Source of the DNA: an uncultured Bacteroidota bacterium
Lineage (GTDB): Bacteria; Bacteroidota; Bacteroidia; Flavobacteriales; Flavobacteriaceae
Length of the DNA: 64,000 nucleotides
Reading direction: 5' to 3'
NCBI GenBank assembly: GCA_902515395.1
Contig: CABXUL010000005.1
Location: forward strand, 9,958-73,957
Shown: positions 27,561 through 36,809 of the stretch, one piece after another
Position numbering within the stretch: position 1 is the first letter of the stretch
Layout: each line of letters starts with the position of its first letter
The notes under the pieces: generated by a model
Told to the model about the DNA's origin: nothing
The model's database searches: none
What the model saw: the letters and a program-made list of their open reading frames with translations, nothing else
Position numbers and translations under genes: made by a program

Positions 27561-29021
27561 TTAAAGGATTTTGGAAAATATTTCTTTAGCAATTTTATAG
27601 TCATCAAAAGGGTACCTTTCTCCTCTTATTTCTTGATATTTTTCATGTCCTTTTCCTGCGATCAAAATAATATCTCCTGGTTTAGACATCTGACAGGCCA
27701 ACTTAATTGCCTCCCTTCGTTGCGGGATTCTAATTGTTTTTTTAAAATCAATTGGCTTAACACCTGCATTAATTTCTTCTATTATTTGGTCGGGATCTTC
27801 ATATCTTGGATTATCAGATGTGAAGATTACTTTGGAGCTTAAACTTGCAGCAGTGAAACCCATTAATGGTCTTTTTTCTTGATCTCTATTCCCTCCACAA
27901 CCAATAATAGTATATAAACTCTCGTTTTGAGTTCTAATCTTATTTATAGTGTTCAATACATTTTTTAATGCATCAGGAGTATGTGCATAATCAACAACTA
28001 ACATAATACCGTTATTTGTTTGATATGTTTGGAACCTCCCGGGAACATTTTTCAATTGACTTATGGCCTTAAGACATAACAATTCATCCTCACCGAGAAG
28101 CTGAGCTGTGGCATAAACTGCTAAAAGATTATAGGCATTAAACTCTCCTAATATTTGAGTCCATATCTCATTTTGATTTATCTTTAAAAGCATACCATTG
28201 AATTGATGCTCTAAAACTTTGACTTTAAAATCTGCATATTGATGCATTGCATAGGTTTGCTTTTTACCCTTACAATTTTGTAACATAAGTCTGCCGTTTT
28301 TATCGTCGATGTTGGTCAATGCAAATCCATTTTTATTAATACTATCGAAAAGCTGTTTTTTAGTGTCTCTGTAATGTTTAAAAGAAGCGTGGTAATCCAA
28401 GTGATCATGTGTCAGATTAGAAAAAATAGCGCCGGTAAAAGCTAGTCCAGTAATTCTCTTTTGATCAATTCCATGAGAAGAGACCTCCATAAAACAATGA
28501 GATACACCAGAATCAACCATTGCACGTAAGTGTTGATTAATGATTATAGGATTTGGGGTGGTATGAGTAGATACAAAATCTTTATCATCGTATTTGATGG
28601 CAACAGTAGAAATTAATCCTGCTTTCTTTTTTATAATATGAAAAAGATCAAAAAGTAGGGTAGCAACCGTTGTCTTACCATTGGTTCCAGTAACCCCAAC
28701 AAGTTTTAGGTGTGAGGAGGGTGTTTCATAAAAATTAGATGCCATATATCCCAATGCAACTCTTGAATCATTTACTTGAACATAAACAACCTCTTGATTA
28801 AGTTCTTTGGGTAGTTGCTCACAAACGACAGAACTTGCCCCTGATGCCAATGCTTTATCAATATAATCGTGTCCATCTCTTTCATAACCATTGATGGCAA
28901 CGAACATGCCGTTTTTAATCACATCTCTTGAATCCAAAGCAATATCTGTAACCAAACGACTAGTAGAACCCAAGACCCCTTCGATAGGAACTTTATATAA
29001 TATTTCTTTTATTTTTTTCAA
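27561..29021 (-). CDS. murE: UDP-N-acetylmuramoyl-L-alanyl-D-glutamate--2,6-diaminopimelate ligase
   Basis: 486 aa with GVTGTNGKTT, and DNPR near the C-terminus (SDNPRYEDP). Confidence 0.9.
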   Translation of the reverse strand: MKKIKEILYKVPIEGVLGSTSRLVTDIALDSRDVIKNGMFVAINGYERDGHDYIDKALASGASSVVCEQLPKELNQEVVYVQVNDSRVALGYMASNFYETPSSHLKLVGVTGTNGKTTVATLLFDLFHIIKKKAGLISTVAIKYDDKDFVSTHTTPNPIIINQHLRAMVDSGVSHCFMEVSSHGIDQKRITGLAFTGAIFSNLTHDHLDYHASFKHYRDTKKQLFDSINKNGFALTNIDDKNGRLMLQNCKGKKQTYAMHQYADFKVKVLEHQFNGMLLKINQNEIWTQILGEFNAYNLLAVYATAQLLGEDELLCLKAISQLKNVPGRFQTYQTNNGIMLVVDYAHTPDALKNVLNTINKIRTQNESLYTIIGCGGNRDQEKRPLMGFTAASLSSKVIFTSDNPRYEDPDQIIEEINAGVKPIDFKKTIRIPQRREAIKLACQMSKPGDIILIAGKGHEKYQEIRGERYPFDDYKIAKEIFSKIL

Positions 29022-29037
29022 GTTTCTTCTAAAAGGT

Positions 29038-30870
29038 TTAATGTTTATTTTCCAACTTATTTTCTACTATTTCTGGTGACAATGATTTTATTTGGTCCAG
29101 ATCAACAAGAACTTTTTTGGGGGTAGCTGTATAGATTTTTTTTGCAATTTTTTTAAATACTGGTGCAGCTACAGTCGAACCGTAATAACCTAATCGTTTG
29201 TTTGGACGGTGAATTACGACTATACAGGAATATTGAGGCTTTTTAGCAGGAAAGTAACCTACGAAACTTGAGATATACTGAACTTCTTTACCTATTCTAT
29301 TATAATCTACTTGACAAGTGCCTGTCTTTCCTGCAATTTTGAAATCTCTATCCTTTATATTGTGCGCTGTACCCCATTTTTTGTCTATTACATTGAACAT
29401 CATGTTTTTAACTTTTTCAATTGTGGACTGAGAACATATCGAAGGATTAAGAATCTCCTTTCCAAATATTTGTTTAGGGAGCTCTCCAATAACTCCAATT
29501 TTTTCTATAAATCTTGGTTTAACCATTTCTCCATTATTAGCAATTGCATTGTAAAAGGTCAATGTCTGTAATGGAGTCATAGCAACTCCGTAGCCATAGG
29601 CCATCCATGGTAAATCTAAACCATCCCAATCTGTATCATTTGGATAAGGAATTTTTGGATTACCCTCGCCCTTAATTGGCAATCCGATGGGTTTGTTAAT
29701 TCCCATATTGTAGATTCGGTCTACAAACCTTTTAGGATTATTTTTATAATTGTCATTAATAATTTTGACAATCCCTGTATTAGAGGAAACTTCAAGAACT
29801 CTCCCAGCAGTAATGGTACCATACCCTCCTTTTTTTGAATCCCTGACTTTATATTTTCCATAAAAGGTAAGTTCTCCGTTACCTGTTTTGATCAATGTAT
29901 TTTCATCAATTACTTTATCTTCCAGAGCAGCAATCATTGAAATTAACTTAAAGGTAGAACCAGGCTCGTGGGCTTCACCAACAGCATAATTAAGTTTCTC
30001 ATAATAAGTGCCAACGTCTGTTCTACCAAGGTTTGCAATTGCTTTTACTTTCCCTGTTGAAGTTTCGATTACCACTACACATCCGTGGTCGGCTTCAAAT
30101 TTCTCCAACTGTTCTAATAGAGCAGCATGCACGATGTCCTGAATATTGACGTTGATGGTGGTATGAATATCAAAACCCTCAGTTGGCTCTTTTTCATTAT
30201 TATCATTAATAGGTTTCCATTGACCACCAGCAATTTTTTGTTTTAGCCTTCTTCCTTCATCTCCTTTAAGATATTGACCAAATGCTCCTTCGAGTCCAAC
30301 CCGAAGAAATTTGCCCTTATTATCTTGTAACTCATATCCAATGGTGCGCTCAGCTATTCTACCAAGTGGGTGCTCTCTAAAAATTTGTTGCTCTATAATT
30401 AACCCCCCCTTATTTGGTGAAAGTTTAAATAAGGGGAGCATTTTGATTCTTTTTTGCTGTGAGTAAGACAATCCTTTTGCTATTAATAGGTATCTATTTT
30501 TTCTATTTACTGCCTTATCTAACTTCTTTAATATTTCATGTTTATCAATATTAATAATCATTGATAATCCCTTAGCCAATTCATTTTTTTTAGACCGATA
30601 AATTATTTTTGATGGAACAGCAGCGTCCCATCGTACCTCATAACGTGCAACTGATGTTGCCATAATACTGCCGTCATCCGCGTAAATATTACCCCTACTG
30701 GGTTGAAGAATATCATTCTTTAAGGTTCGTTTTGAAGCCAACTCTCGATATTTTTCGCCTTGAAAAAATTGCAAATGAATCAACTTTCCTATTAGCACTA
30801 TTGAAAAAACAAAAAGTGAAAAAGTAACCAAATAGGAACGATACATTATCTGCTTTAGGTTTTTATCCAT
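29038..30870 (-). CDS. ftsI: Penicillin-binding protein (class B transpeptidase, FtsI-type)
   Basis: 610 aa with an N-terminal TM anchor and the SxxK (GSTFK), SxN (SSN) and KTGT motifs. Confidence 0.85.
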   Translation of the reverse strand: MDKNLKQIMYRSYLVTFSLFVFSIVLIGKLIHLQFFQGEKYRELASKRTLKNDILQPSRGNIYADDGSIMATSVARYEVRWDAAVPSKIIYRSKKNELAKGLSMIINIDKHEILKKLDKAVNRKNRYLLIAKGLSYSQQKRIKMLPLFKLSPNKGGLIIEQQIFREHPLGRIAERTIGYELQDNKGKFLRVGLEGAFGQYLKGDEGRRLKQKIAGGQWKPINDNNEKEPTEGFDIHTTINVNIQDIVHAALLEQLEKFEADHGCVVVIETSTGKVKAIANLGRTDVGTYYEKLNYAVGEAHEPGSTFKLISMIAALEDKVIDENTLIKTGNGELTFYGKYKVRDSKKGGYGTITAGRVLEVSSNTGIVKIINDNYKNNPKRFVDRIYNMGINKPIGLPIKGEGNPKIPYPNDTDWDGLDLPWMAYGYGVAMTPLQTLTFYNAIANNGEMVKPRFIEKIGVIGELPKQIFGKEILNPSICSQSTIEKVKNMMFNVIDKKWGTAHNIKDRDFKIAGKTGTCQVDYNRIGKEVQYISSFVGYFPAKKPQYSCIVVIHRPNKRLGYYGSTVAAPVFKKIAKKIYTATPKKVLVDLDQIKSLSPEIVENKLENKH

Positions 30871-30871
30871 T

Positions 30872-31183
30872 TCAATCTTGGGCTATAATTATTTTAATTG
30901 GAGGAATCTTCGCAGGACCTATTCCCAACGGTTGTAATTCCTTCATTATTTTTGTTTCCATCTTAAAATTCATTAGGTCGGTACGTTGCTCAATAAATTC
31001 ACTTTTTAACATTTTAATCTCTTCATTCAACTTCGCTATCTTAAAAATTTTACGGTCAGTGCTATGTCCACTTGCAATCATTATTAGAGCAAGAATTGAC
31101 AAATAAATTATCATTCTCCAATTTCTGAACGCAACGTCATTAACCAAAAAATCCATTTTCAATAATGATAAAAACTGCTTCAT
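30872..31183 (-). CDS. FtsL-like small bitopic cell division protein
   Basis: 103 aa with one TM helix followed by a coiled-coil-like segment (KLNEEIKMLKSEFIEQ). Positioned between rsmH and ftsI, with a 4-nt overlap with rsmH. Confidence 0.6.
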   Translation of the reverse strand: MKQFLSLLKMDFLVNDVAFRNWRMIIYLSILALIMIASGHSTDRKIFKIAKLNEEIKMLKSEFIEQRTDLMNFKMETKIMKELQPLGIGPAKIPPIKIIIAQD

Positions 31184-32082
31184 ATTCTTTCAGCTATTCT
31201 TAGTTTTCCACTTCTTGATCTATTATTTAACTTTACTTCCTTTTCTGAAGGTATTATCAATCCTCCTACTTTTTTGAAAGGTAAGTTCTTGTTGCCATAA
31301 ATGTCAGACTCTGCATTTCCCTCAAATTTCCCTTCGCGAATAAAGCACTTAACCAAACGATCTTCTAATGAGTGATAAGAAATACATACAAGCCTACCAT
31401 TTTTCTTAAGCAGATCAATGGTTTGTTTTAAAAATGACTTTATTGCTCCTAGTTCATCGTTCACCTCTATCCTAATAGCTTGAAATACCTGGGCTATAAT
31501 TTTATTAAAAATGTGATTAGGAATAATTGGTGTAAATAGTGCAACCAATGCTTGTGTAGATTCTATAGGAGTTTCTTCCCTTTTCATTACTATTGCAGTT
31601 GCCAGCTTATGAGCATTTCTTAATTCGCCATATTGACTTAAAATTGATCGTAAATCCTCAAATGGATATTTATTTATAACTTGACTGGCGTCTAACTGAC
31701 CCGAATGATTCATTCGCATATCGAGTGGACCATCAAATCGTGTTGAAAAACCTCTTTTTCCTGAATCAAATTGGCTAGAAGAAACACCAAAATCTGCTAG
31801 AATACCATCAACAGCTGTAATTCCATGAAACTTCAAATGTCTTTTGATATCCGAAAAATTTCCTTTAATCAAATGAAATCGATGATCCTCAAACTGATTT
31901 TCAAATGCCTCCTGGTCTTGATCAAATGCAAATAATCGCCCGTCGGCTGAAAGGTGATTGATAATTTCCTTTGAATGGCCTCCTCCTCCAAAAGTAACAT
32001 CGACATAAATCCCGTCAGGAGTAATTTTTAATCCTTGAACTGCTTCACAAAGCATTACGGGTTTATGATAAATCGTTCTCAT
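31180..32082 (-). CDS. rsmH: 16S rRNA (cytosine1402-N4)-methyltransferase
   Basis: YHKPVML, DVTFGGGGHS and DFGVSS motifs. Start placed at ATG 32082 (MRTIYHKPV), which overlaps the mraZ 3' end by 20 nt. The ORF track extends to 32139. Confidence 0.9.
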   Translation of the reverse strand: MRTIYHKPVMLCEAVQGLKITPDGIYVDVTFGGGGHSKEIINHLSADGRLFAFDQDQEAFENQFEDHRFHLIKGNFSDIKRHLKFHGITAVDGILADFGVSSSQFDSGKRGFSTRFDGPLDMRMNHSGQLDASQVINKYPFEDLRSILSQYGELRNAHKLATAIVMKREETPIESTQALVALFTPIIPNHIFNKIIAQVFQAIRIEVNDELGAIKSFLKQTIDLLKKNGRLVCISYHSLEDRLVKCFIREGKFEGNAESDIYGNKNLPFKKVGGLIIPSEKEVKLNNRSRSGKLRIAERI

Positions 32083-32530
32083 TTTGGTCGCCCATAACCT
32101 CCTCTGCCAATGCGGCAAAATCGGTAGCCGCTTCATCAATCGATTTCTCGTAAAAGGTCTTATCCCATATTTCGAGAATATTTACAACGGATGAAACAAC
32201 AACTTCTTTGGATATTTTTGCGTGGTTGGTTAAATCTTTCGGTATCAAAAGCCTTCCTGTCGTATCTATTTCCACTAATTTCACCCCTGCGGTAAATCTG
32301 CGGATAAAGTCATTATTCTTTTTTTTAAAACGGTTAAGCTTATTCACCTTCTCCATCAGGCTTACCCATTGATCAAGAGGATAAAGCTCTAAACATTTAT
32401 TAAAAACTGCTCTCTTGATCACAAAACCCTTATTGAGACTCTTGGAGAGCTGCTTTTTTAAGGCAGCTGGCAACATAATACGTCCCTTAACGTCAGCCTT
32501 ACACTCATATGTACCAATAAAGTGCTCCAT
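32063..32530 (-). CDS. mraZ: Transcriptional regulator MraZ
   Basis: 155 aa with two MraZ/AbrB-type repeats carrying DxxGR motifs (DVKGRIMLP, DTTGRLLIP). First gene of the dcw cluster. Confidence 0.9.
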   Translation of the reverse strand: MEHFIGTYECKADVKGRIMLPAALKKQLSKSLNKGFVIKRAVFNKCLELYPLDQWVSLMEKVNKLNRFKKKNNDFIRRFTAGVKLVEIDTTGRLLIPKDLTNHAKISKEVVVSSVVNILEIWDKTFYEKSIDEAATDFAALAEEVMGDQNENDLS

Positions 32531-32554
32531 TGGTGTTTTACATCTTAATTATAT

Positions 32555-32562
32555 CAAATATA
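32555..32562 (-). promoter_or_regulatory. Candidate Bacteroidota -7 promoter box (TATATTTG) for mraZ/dcw
   Basis: The minus strand reads TATATTTG, matching TAnnTTTG. It lies 24 nt upstream of the mraZ ATG and immediately downstream of the GTGGTA repeats. Confidence 0.45.
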
Positions 32563-32571
32563 AAACTATTT

Positions 32572-32597
32572 TACCACTTTTTACCACATTATACCAC
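32572..32597 (-). promoter_or_regulatory. Putative MraZ operator: three GTGGTA direct repeats at exact 10-bp spacing
   Basis: The plus strand has TACCAC at 32572-77, 32582-87 and 32592-97. The minus strand reads GTGGTATAATGTGGTAAAAAGTGGTA, 42-67 nt upstream of the mraZ ATG. Confidence 0.6.
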
Positions 32598-32660
32598 TTT
32601 GTTAATAAGTTTTGATAGTTGTTGTATTTTTTCAATTTTATATGAAAAAATTAAATTCAA

Positions 32661-33470
32661 ATGGTAAAACCTAAATGCATATCTTTGTTTGTTTATTGTT
32701 TTATCTTGGAAAAAGAAATAATTACTGAGTCTAATTTCCGCTATATAGAGTCCGGAGAAGGCCAACCTGTAGTTATTCTTCATGGTTTAATGGGGGGCTT
32801 GAGTAATTTTGCTGGAGTTCTTAATTATTTTCCTGATAAGGGTTTTAAAATAGTGGTACCGGAATTGCCGGTTTATGATCTTCCACTTCCTGACACTACT
32901 GTGAAATCACTTGCTAATTTTCTTAATGATTTTTTGATTTTTAAGGAATTAAATGAAGTTATACTTTTAGGAAATTCACTTGGCGGTCATATCGCTTTAT
33001 TGTTTTCCAAATTCCACCCCAAAAAAGTAAAAGGGCTTATTATAACAGGGAGCTCTGGCTTATATGAAAACGCCATGGGTGATGGATACCCAAAAAGAGG
33101 TGACTATGATTACATCAAAACTAAAAGTGAAGAAGTATTTTATGATTCAAAGGTTGCAACTAAGGAAATTGTTGATGAGGTTTTTGAAACTGTAAATGAT
33201 AGAAATAAGTTAGTCAAAACACTTGCAATTGCGAAAAGTGCAATTCGTCACAACATGGCCAAAGACTTGCCGAAAATGAAAACTCCAACTGCAATCATAT
33301 GGGGGGCCCAAGACACTGTAACTCCTCCTAATGTAGCTGAAGAATTTCATTTACTTCTTCCCAACTCCAACCTTTATTGGATTGATAAGTGTGGACACGC
33401 ACCGATGATGGAGCATCCTCATGAGTTTAATAGAATCATGCACTCCTGGATAGAAAAAATTCAATTTTAA
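32661..33470 (+). CDS. Alpha/beta-fold hydrolase
   Basis: VVILHGLMGG oxyanion region, GNSLGG nucleophile elbow and C-terminal CGHAPMMEHP His. The exact start is uncertain (ATG 32661, or in-frame TTG at 32706). Confidence 0.75.
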   Translation: MVKPKCISLFVYCFILEKEIITESNFRYIESGEGQPVVILHGLMGGLSNFAGVLNYFPDKGFKIVVPELPVYDLPLPDTTVKSLANFLNDFLIFKELNEVILLGNSLGGHIALLFSKFHPKKVKGLIITGSSGLYENAMGDGYPKRGDYDYIKTKSEEVFYDSKVATKEIVDEVFETVNDRNKLVKTLAIAKSAIRHNMAKDLPKMKTPTAIIWGAQDTVTPPNVAEEFHLLLPNSNLYWIDKCGHAPMMEHPHEFNRIMHSWIEKIQF

Positions 33471-33480
33471 ATTTTAATTA

Positions 33481-34086
33481 ATGAACGTTGCCCATGCTGA
33501 ATTTGTATTAAGCAACACCAAGGTGGAGCTTTGCCCAAAAAGTAAAATACCTGAATATGCTTTTATTGGAAGGTCTAACGTGGGAAAATCCTCACTAATA
33601 AACATGCTTTGTAATAGAAAAAAACTTGCTAAAACCTCCTCTCGACCTGGAAAAACTCAACTTATCAATCACTTTCTAATTAATAAACAATGGTATTTAG
33701 TTGACCTTCCGGGCTATGGATACGCAAGGGTTTCGAAAACTCAAAAAAAAACTTTCCAAAAATTCATTACCAATTACTTTATCAAACGAAAAGAATTGAT
33801 TGCTGCTTTTTTACTTATTGATCTTCGACACAAGCCACAAACTCTTGATCTTGAATTTATGCGTTGGTTAGGTGAAAACTATATTCCTTTCTCAATCGTT
33901 TTCACCAAGGCTGATAAGCTTAAAGAAAAAGAAATTAAAAAGAATACCTCCGAATACTTTAAAACACTTAAAGACGACTGGGAAGAAATGCCAAAACATT
34001 TCATCACTTCATCAGAAAAAAGTTTGGGAAGGGATGAGTTATTGAATTACATAAACCAAATCAACCACTCAATATCCTCTAATTAG
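33481..34086 (+). CDS. engB: Ribosome biogenesis GTP-binding protein YsxC/EngB
   Basis: 201 aa with G1 GRSNVGKSS, G3 DLPGYG and G4 TKADK. Confidence 0.9.
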   Translation: MNVAHAEFVLSNTKVELCPKSKIPEYAFIGRSNVGKSSLINMLCNRKKLAKTSSRPGKTQLINHFLINKQWYLVDLPGYGYARVSKTQKKTFQKFITNYFIKRKELIAAFLLIDLRHKPQTLDLEFMRWLGENYIPFSIVFTKADKLKEKEIKKNTSEYFKTLKDDWEEMPKHFITSSEKSLGRDELLNYINQINHSISSN

Positions 34087-34421
34087 AGATCTTTTTTTAA
34101 TTCCAGCTTTTCTGCAAAATAATCACAAAAATCTTTCATTGTGGCCGACATCTTTTCATCTTGAGTTGCTTTCAGATAAGTATCGCTCATGGTTACTAAT
34201 GTCTGATGAAAAAACAATTTCATTTGATCTAAAGGCATTTCTTTTATCCAGAGATCCATTTTCAAGGTTTCTTGATTACGGCCGTCCCAAAGAGCTAAAA
34301 ACATAGCCTGGGCCAACTCATTATCTACCCCTCCATCAGGTGCTGACCATTGGATCTTTTCAGGTATATTGTTTTCATCGAGACTAACATCAATATGAAT
34401 TGGACTAATTTTTTTGGACAT
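34083..34421 (-). CDS. gldC: Gliding motility-associated protein GldC
   Basis: 112 aa. Sequence (LDENNIPEKIQWSAPDGG..., FFHQTLVTMSDTYLKATQDEKMSATMKDFCDYFAEKLELK) matches my recollection of flavobacterial GldC. It sits directly downstream of gldB. Confidence 0.8.
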   Translation of the reverse strand: MSKKISPIHIDVSLDENNIPEKIQWSAPDGGVDNELAQAMFLALWDGRNQETLKMDLWIKEMPLDQMKLFFHQTLVTMSDTYLKATQDEKMSATMKDFCDYFAEKLELKKDL

Positions 34422-35404
34422 TATTTACGTGGTTTATAATTAGATTTACTAAAAATCGTTTGTGGAGGTAAGTTAAGTAATGTATTAATATCTGTTTTCG
34501 GGTATCTATTCATATAAGACTTAATGATTTGCCAACCCAGCCAAACACCAATCCTTCCAGGTGATTCATTGTCAATTTCTAGATAAAATTTAGAGAAAGG
34601 GGCCGGCTCAATAAATCTTTTGACCAGAGATGGAACAGAATTAAACAAGATTTGCTTTTCAATAAAATATTGCCAAATGTAGACTTCATTATCATTTACC
34701 CAATGGACTTGCTCATCAGTATAACACATTTTGAGTGCATCACTTTTCGATGGAAGCATAATATCCTTAACATAAATTTTCTTTCCATGGTATATCATTT
34801 GTGACAGTAGCGATCGGTCTGTTGGAGGTTCAAGACGGTATTCAACAAATTTATCTATAACATGAGAGCTTAAATATTTTATATCCATATCCTGTCTAAC
34901 GTAACTAGGAATTCCTACATATAAAGGATGATTTGACCCAAAATAAGTATCCAGGGAAATCAGCAATAAAGAGTCGACATAAACGGTTTTAGTTTGATAA
35001 TCAACATTATTAATCAATCCAATAACTCGCGGTATTTTCGTCTTTGGAAAGTAAAATTTAAGATGTTTGAAAAGGTACTCCAACTCATTTTCTATTGGAG
35101 TCATTTCGGGAAAAGATGATTCGACAGTATCTAGCAACATTAACTGTAGACTATCTTTTTGTCTTTTAAACCAAACACTATCACTGAATTTTTCAGGAAA
35201 TAAAAAGGGGTATTTTTTTTTTAATTCAAAAATCATTTCTGGATTTGAACGGTGAAATTTTTGATCAAATCTTTCAATAGTAATTGAAACTGGAATTGCC
35301 ATTATTTCAGATTCCTTAGAGTTATCTGGCTTACATCCAACAAAAGATAAAACAATTAGCAGGATACTTGTGATTTTACTAATTCTAGCAATTATAATCT
35401 CCAT
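34421..35404 (-). CDS. gldB: Gliding motility lipoprotein GldB
   Basis: 327 aa with lipobox SFVGC. Size and position immediately upstream of gldC match the F. johnsoniae gldB-gldC arrangement. Confidence 0.75.
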   Translation of the reverse strand: MEIIIARISKITSILLIVLSFVGCKPDNSKESEIMAIPVSITIERFDQKFHRSNPEMIFELKKKYPFLFPEKFSDSVWFKRQKDSLQLMLLDTVESSFPEMTPIENELEYLFKHLKFYFPKTKIPRVIGLINNVDYQTKTVYVDSLLLISLDTYFGSNHPLYVGIPSYVRQDMDIKYLSSHVIDKFVEYRLEPPTDRSLLSQMIYHGKKIYVKDIMLPSKSDALKMCYTDEQVHWVNDNEVYIWQYFIEKQILFNSVPSLVKRFIEPAPFSKFYLEIDNESPGRIGVWLGWQIIKSYMNRYPKTDINTLLNLPPQTIFSKSNYKPRK

Positions 35405-35473
35405 TTTTTTGGATTTTTTTTTGTAACAACTTAATTTCGACCTACAAATTTAAGTGACAGCAGATTAATAATT

Positions 35474-36268
35474 ATGAAATCACCTGAGAAAGTAGTAAAT
35501 CACATCGTCAGTTGGCTGAAAAATTATCTGGAAACATCAAAAATTAAAGGGTTTGTAGTTGGTGTTTCTGGAGGTGTTGACTCAGCTGTAACCTCGACTT
35601 TATGTGCCAGAACTGGTGCTCCTGTTCTTTGCTTAGAAATGGCAATTCACCAAGAAGAAAATCAAGTCTCTAGAGCTTTAGACCACATTAAATGGCTTGA
35701 AAAAAATCACGAAAATGTTAGTCATCACAGAATTATGCTCACCCCACTTTTTGAAAGCTTTGTTAAAGGTTTACCACCTACCGAAAAGAACGAAGAACAA
35801 TTACTGAGTTTGGCTAATACTCGGGCTAGGTTACGGATGTCAACACTCTATTATTTTGCAGCGCTTCACAATTATTTAGTTGCTGGAACAGGAAATAAAG
35901 TTGAAGATTTTGGTGTTGGTTTTTATACCAAATATGGCGATGGAGGTGTTGATTTAAGCCCAATTGCCGACTTACTAAAAACAGAGGTATATGGTGTCGC
36001 TAAATACCTTAATATAATTGAAAGCATCCAAGTTGCACCGCCCACTGACGGACTTTGGAGTGATAATAGAACAGATCAGCAACAAATAGGAGTGGATTAT
36101 GATGAACTAGAATGGGCTATGAATGAGTTAGAAAAAAATCCCTCAATGAAGGGGCTTACTCCAAAACAAACTAAAACTATTCAAATTTATTTGAACTTTA
36201 ACCGTCAGAACCAACATAAAATGAATCCAATTCCCGTATGTGAAATCCCAGATGAATTTTTGGTTTAA
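35474..36268 (+). CDS. nadE: Ammonia-dependent NAD+ synthetase
   Basis: 264 aa with PP-loop VGVSGGVDSAV and the FYTKYGDGG motif. Confidence 0.9.
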   Translation: MKSPEKVVNHIVSWLKNYLETSKIKGFVVGVSGGVDSAVTSTLCARTGAPVLCLEMAIHQEENQVSRALDHIKWLEKNHENVSHHRIMLTPLFESFVKGLPPTEKNEEQLLSLANTRARLRMSTLYYFAALHNYLVAGTGNKVEDFGVGFYTKYGDGGVDLSPIADLLKTEVYGVAKYLNIIESIQVAPPTDGLWSDNRTDQQQIGVDYDELEWAMNELEKNPSMKGLTPKQTKTIQIYLNFNRQNQHKMNPIPVCEIPDEFLV

Positions 36269-36626
36269 TGCAGTTCTGCTGTTTATAATTAAAATTTCAT
36301 AAAACTTATTTTAAAAGGCTCAAAGTTGTATTTAAAACAATTGCAAATTTACCTTCTTTGTGTGGGGATAAACCAGAGCATATACTCAATACATCACCAT
36401 TTTAAGAATACGGATTCTTCATTATGTTTGGTATTACAGTTGATTTATCCTTCATTTAATTTAACAAAATGAGAGTGTGATTATTTAAATAACCTTAGTA
36501 AAGTTATATTTAATATTTTCTTTTCGTTTTACAATGAATTATAATGAATTGCAAATTAAAAGATGGGATGCTAGGTAAAATAAATAAGTTAAAACTTTGA
36601 ACTAATTATTTTCAATTAGAATTACC

Positions 36627-36809
36627 CTAGAAAAATCTATAGGTAAAAACACCTGGCTCGATAATAAACTTCAAAAAGACCCCCCTATTTCGAAAATCAA
36701 ACCTTCCAATTACAAGAAGCCTCGATCCATTTTCCTGAGTTAGATTCATACTATATTTTTCTAGAAAATTAAGAAAATAGGATTGCTGTAACTTAAAGAA
36801 GCTGACCAT
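36627..36809 (-). CDS. Hypothetical 60-aa ORF translationally coupled to the upstream lipoprotein gene
   Basis: Its ATG (36809-36807) shares one base with the lipoprotein TGA stop (TGATG junction). No recognisable motif, signal peptide or TM helix. Confidence 0.3.
   Translation of the reverse strand: MVSFFKLQQSYFLNFLEKYSMNLTQENGSRLLVIGRFDFRNRGVFLKFIIEPGVFTYRFF

Noticed and set aside
30403-30409. C7/G7 run in ftsI, C8/G8 run in mpl (48222-48229) and G7/C7 run upstream of queA (43378-43384) as phase-variation tracts
   Set aside because: The first two lie in essential housekeeping genes and encode Gly-Gly. The third is in a housekeeping promoter. Codon usage or chance explains them better, and they also weaken the G9 argument at 16554.
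17360-32530. Absence of murF and ddl from the dcw cluster
   Set aside because: To my knowledge this is the usual Bacteroidota dcw arrangement, with these genes encoded elsewhere, so it is not an anomaly.
36339-36557. Two copies of AATTGCAAATT 208 bp apart as a functional repeat pair
   Set aside because: For an 11-mer in about 25% GC DNA, a chance repeat within about 500 bp is not very improbable by my rough estimate. There is no supporting structure.
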